This document shows positions 62,607 through 64,000 of a stretch of 64,000 nt of DNA, one piece after another. The position numbers were made by a program, and so were the translations under genes. Below the pieces are notes generated by a model. The model saw only the letters and a list, made by a program, of their open reading frames with translations, was not told the origin of the DNA and ran no database searches. Each line of letters begins with the position of its first letter. The stretch's first letter is position 1. This DNA is from Eledone cirrhosa (taxonomy: Eukaryota), in assembly GCA_964016885.1 (NCBI GenBank), contig OZ024760.1, positions 4,526,001 through 4,590,000 on the forward strand, written 5' to 3'.

Positions 62607-63454
62607 CACTCGCACACACACATCAATAAAAACCCAAGGCCATATTCATTTTGTTTTGGTTTATTAAAATCCGTAATGTACATTTCACGGAGGGCTCTCA
62701 TTGCATTGACAATGTGTTAATTAAATTTAGGGGTATTTTACCTGATCTTCTCAGATTATTTATAGCGATCGGTTGTTGTTAGAGTTTCTTTTTCCGTTTG
62801 CTATTCATACATTTTCAAAAAGCTTTATTATGATTAATTAATTTCCTTTTTAATAAATATCTAAAAAAAAAAATTCAATTCAGGTTATAAAATATTTATT
62901 TTGGATGAAAATCCAAATTTGGGTGAATGTTAGTGTGTACCCTTATCTGATGCATTTGAACATTGAGCGTTCACCTTTCACCTATCTACAGTATCCAACT
63001 ATAGATATACTAGCAGCTCTCTCTCTCTCTCTCTAGCTTGACGTTGACTCTGAAGGACAACATTATTCGACGTGTCCTTCATTTCTCAAGCGGTAAGGCG
63101 GGGATTTCTGTGAGATTCGGCTTCTATTTCTAGCGAGGTCGAGCGACCACGTAATGACTTACTATTTCGTTCAACCGTTCTCTCTGTATGCGCCATCCCT
63201 CCGCCGGTCTCGACTTATCCAAGACAAAATTAGGTTATTTTACAGGTATGACTTGGCTTCTATCACTCACACACTGACAGTTATGCCGCATTCTTATCGA
63301 GACTTTTTATTTTTTTAATGTGTTCCACGCCGTGATACAAAAGACACACGTGGCTTTTGGATCCTGATGACACTTCAAATTAATTATTTCTTCTCCTCCA
63401 CCTCCATCACCTTCTTCTTTGACTTCGTCTTCTTCTTGGGAAAAGGAAAGAAAG

Positions 63455-63740
63455 AGTGTGTGTGTGTTACATGTGTAACTGAATGTGTCACTGTCTATGT
63501 TGAGGGTGTGTGGGTGTGTGTTACATGTGTAACAGTGAATGTGTCACTGTCTATGTTATGTGTGTGTGTTACATGTGTAACTGAATGTGTCACTGTCTAT
63601 GTTGAGGGTGTATGTGTGTTACATGTGTAACAGTGAACGTGTCACGGTCTATGTTGTATGTGTGTGTGAGTGTGTGTATTACATGTGTAACAGTGAATGT
63701 GTTACTGCCTATGTTATGTATGTAACAGTTAGTGTGTCAC
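63455..63740 (+). repeat. about 45-bp minisatellite containing the palindrome GTTACATGTGTAAC
   Basis: about 6 copies visible. Confidence 0.85.
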
Positions 63741-64000
63741 GTTTTATTAATTGTTTAAAAAATTCTTTTGAGAGCAGGTTTTTTTTTTTTTTAGTAAATG
63801 ATTTCTTTTTACAACAATTTAAAGGCAGAAGGTGTGGCAACAGCTATTAGCTGTATACACCCACTGGCAGGTGGTAATAAAAGCTGATCCAAAGACCTAG
63901 TCTTCAGCAATGTCAGCAGGGCTGATTATTAACCCTTTAATGTTCAAACCGGCCAACACCGGCCAGAATTCTCTACCTTTTTCTGTTGAAACTGGCTGTA

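Overview
Eukaryotic, AT-rich and repeat-dense genomic DNA. The SINE, RTE and MITE content suggests an octopus or other coleoid cephalopod (inference). Two spliced genes converge tail-to-tail. The first is the last 7 coding exons of the histone chaperone NASP (+, 382..7852). The second is a probably complete 14-exon CCDC17-like gene (-, about 60894..10305, about 556 aa), the same neighbour arrangement I recall from human chr1. One CCDC17 intron (32055..52687) is almost entirely a 20.4-kb array of a 36-bp unit with two variable codons. A NASP intron ends in a 39-bp minisatellite that provides 15 in-frame candidate 3' splice sites. The introns also hold a decayed Gypsy LTR element flanked by an atypical 286-bp duplication, a young 5'-truncated RTE LINE, a Helitron, a mariner relic, many piggyBac-type MITEs, tRNA-derived SINEs and a cluster of hairpin elements. 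Most ORFs in the supplied track are repeat artefacts. All homology calls come from my own recognition of motifs, not from database searches.
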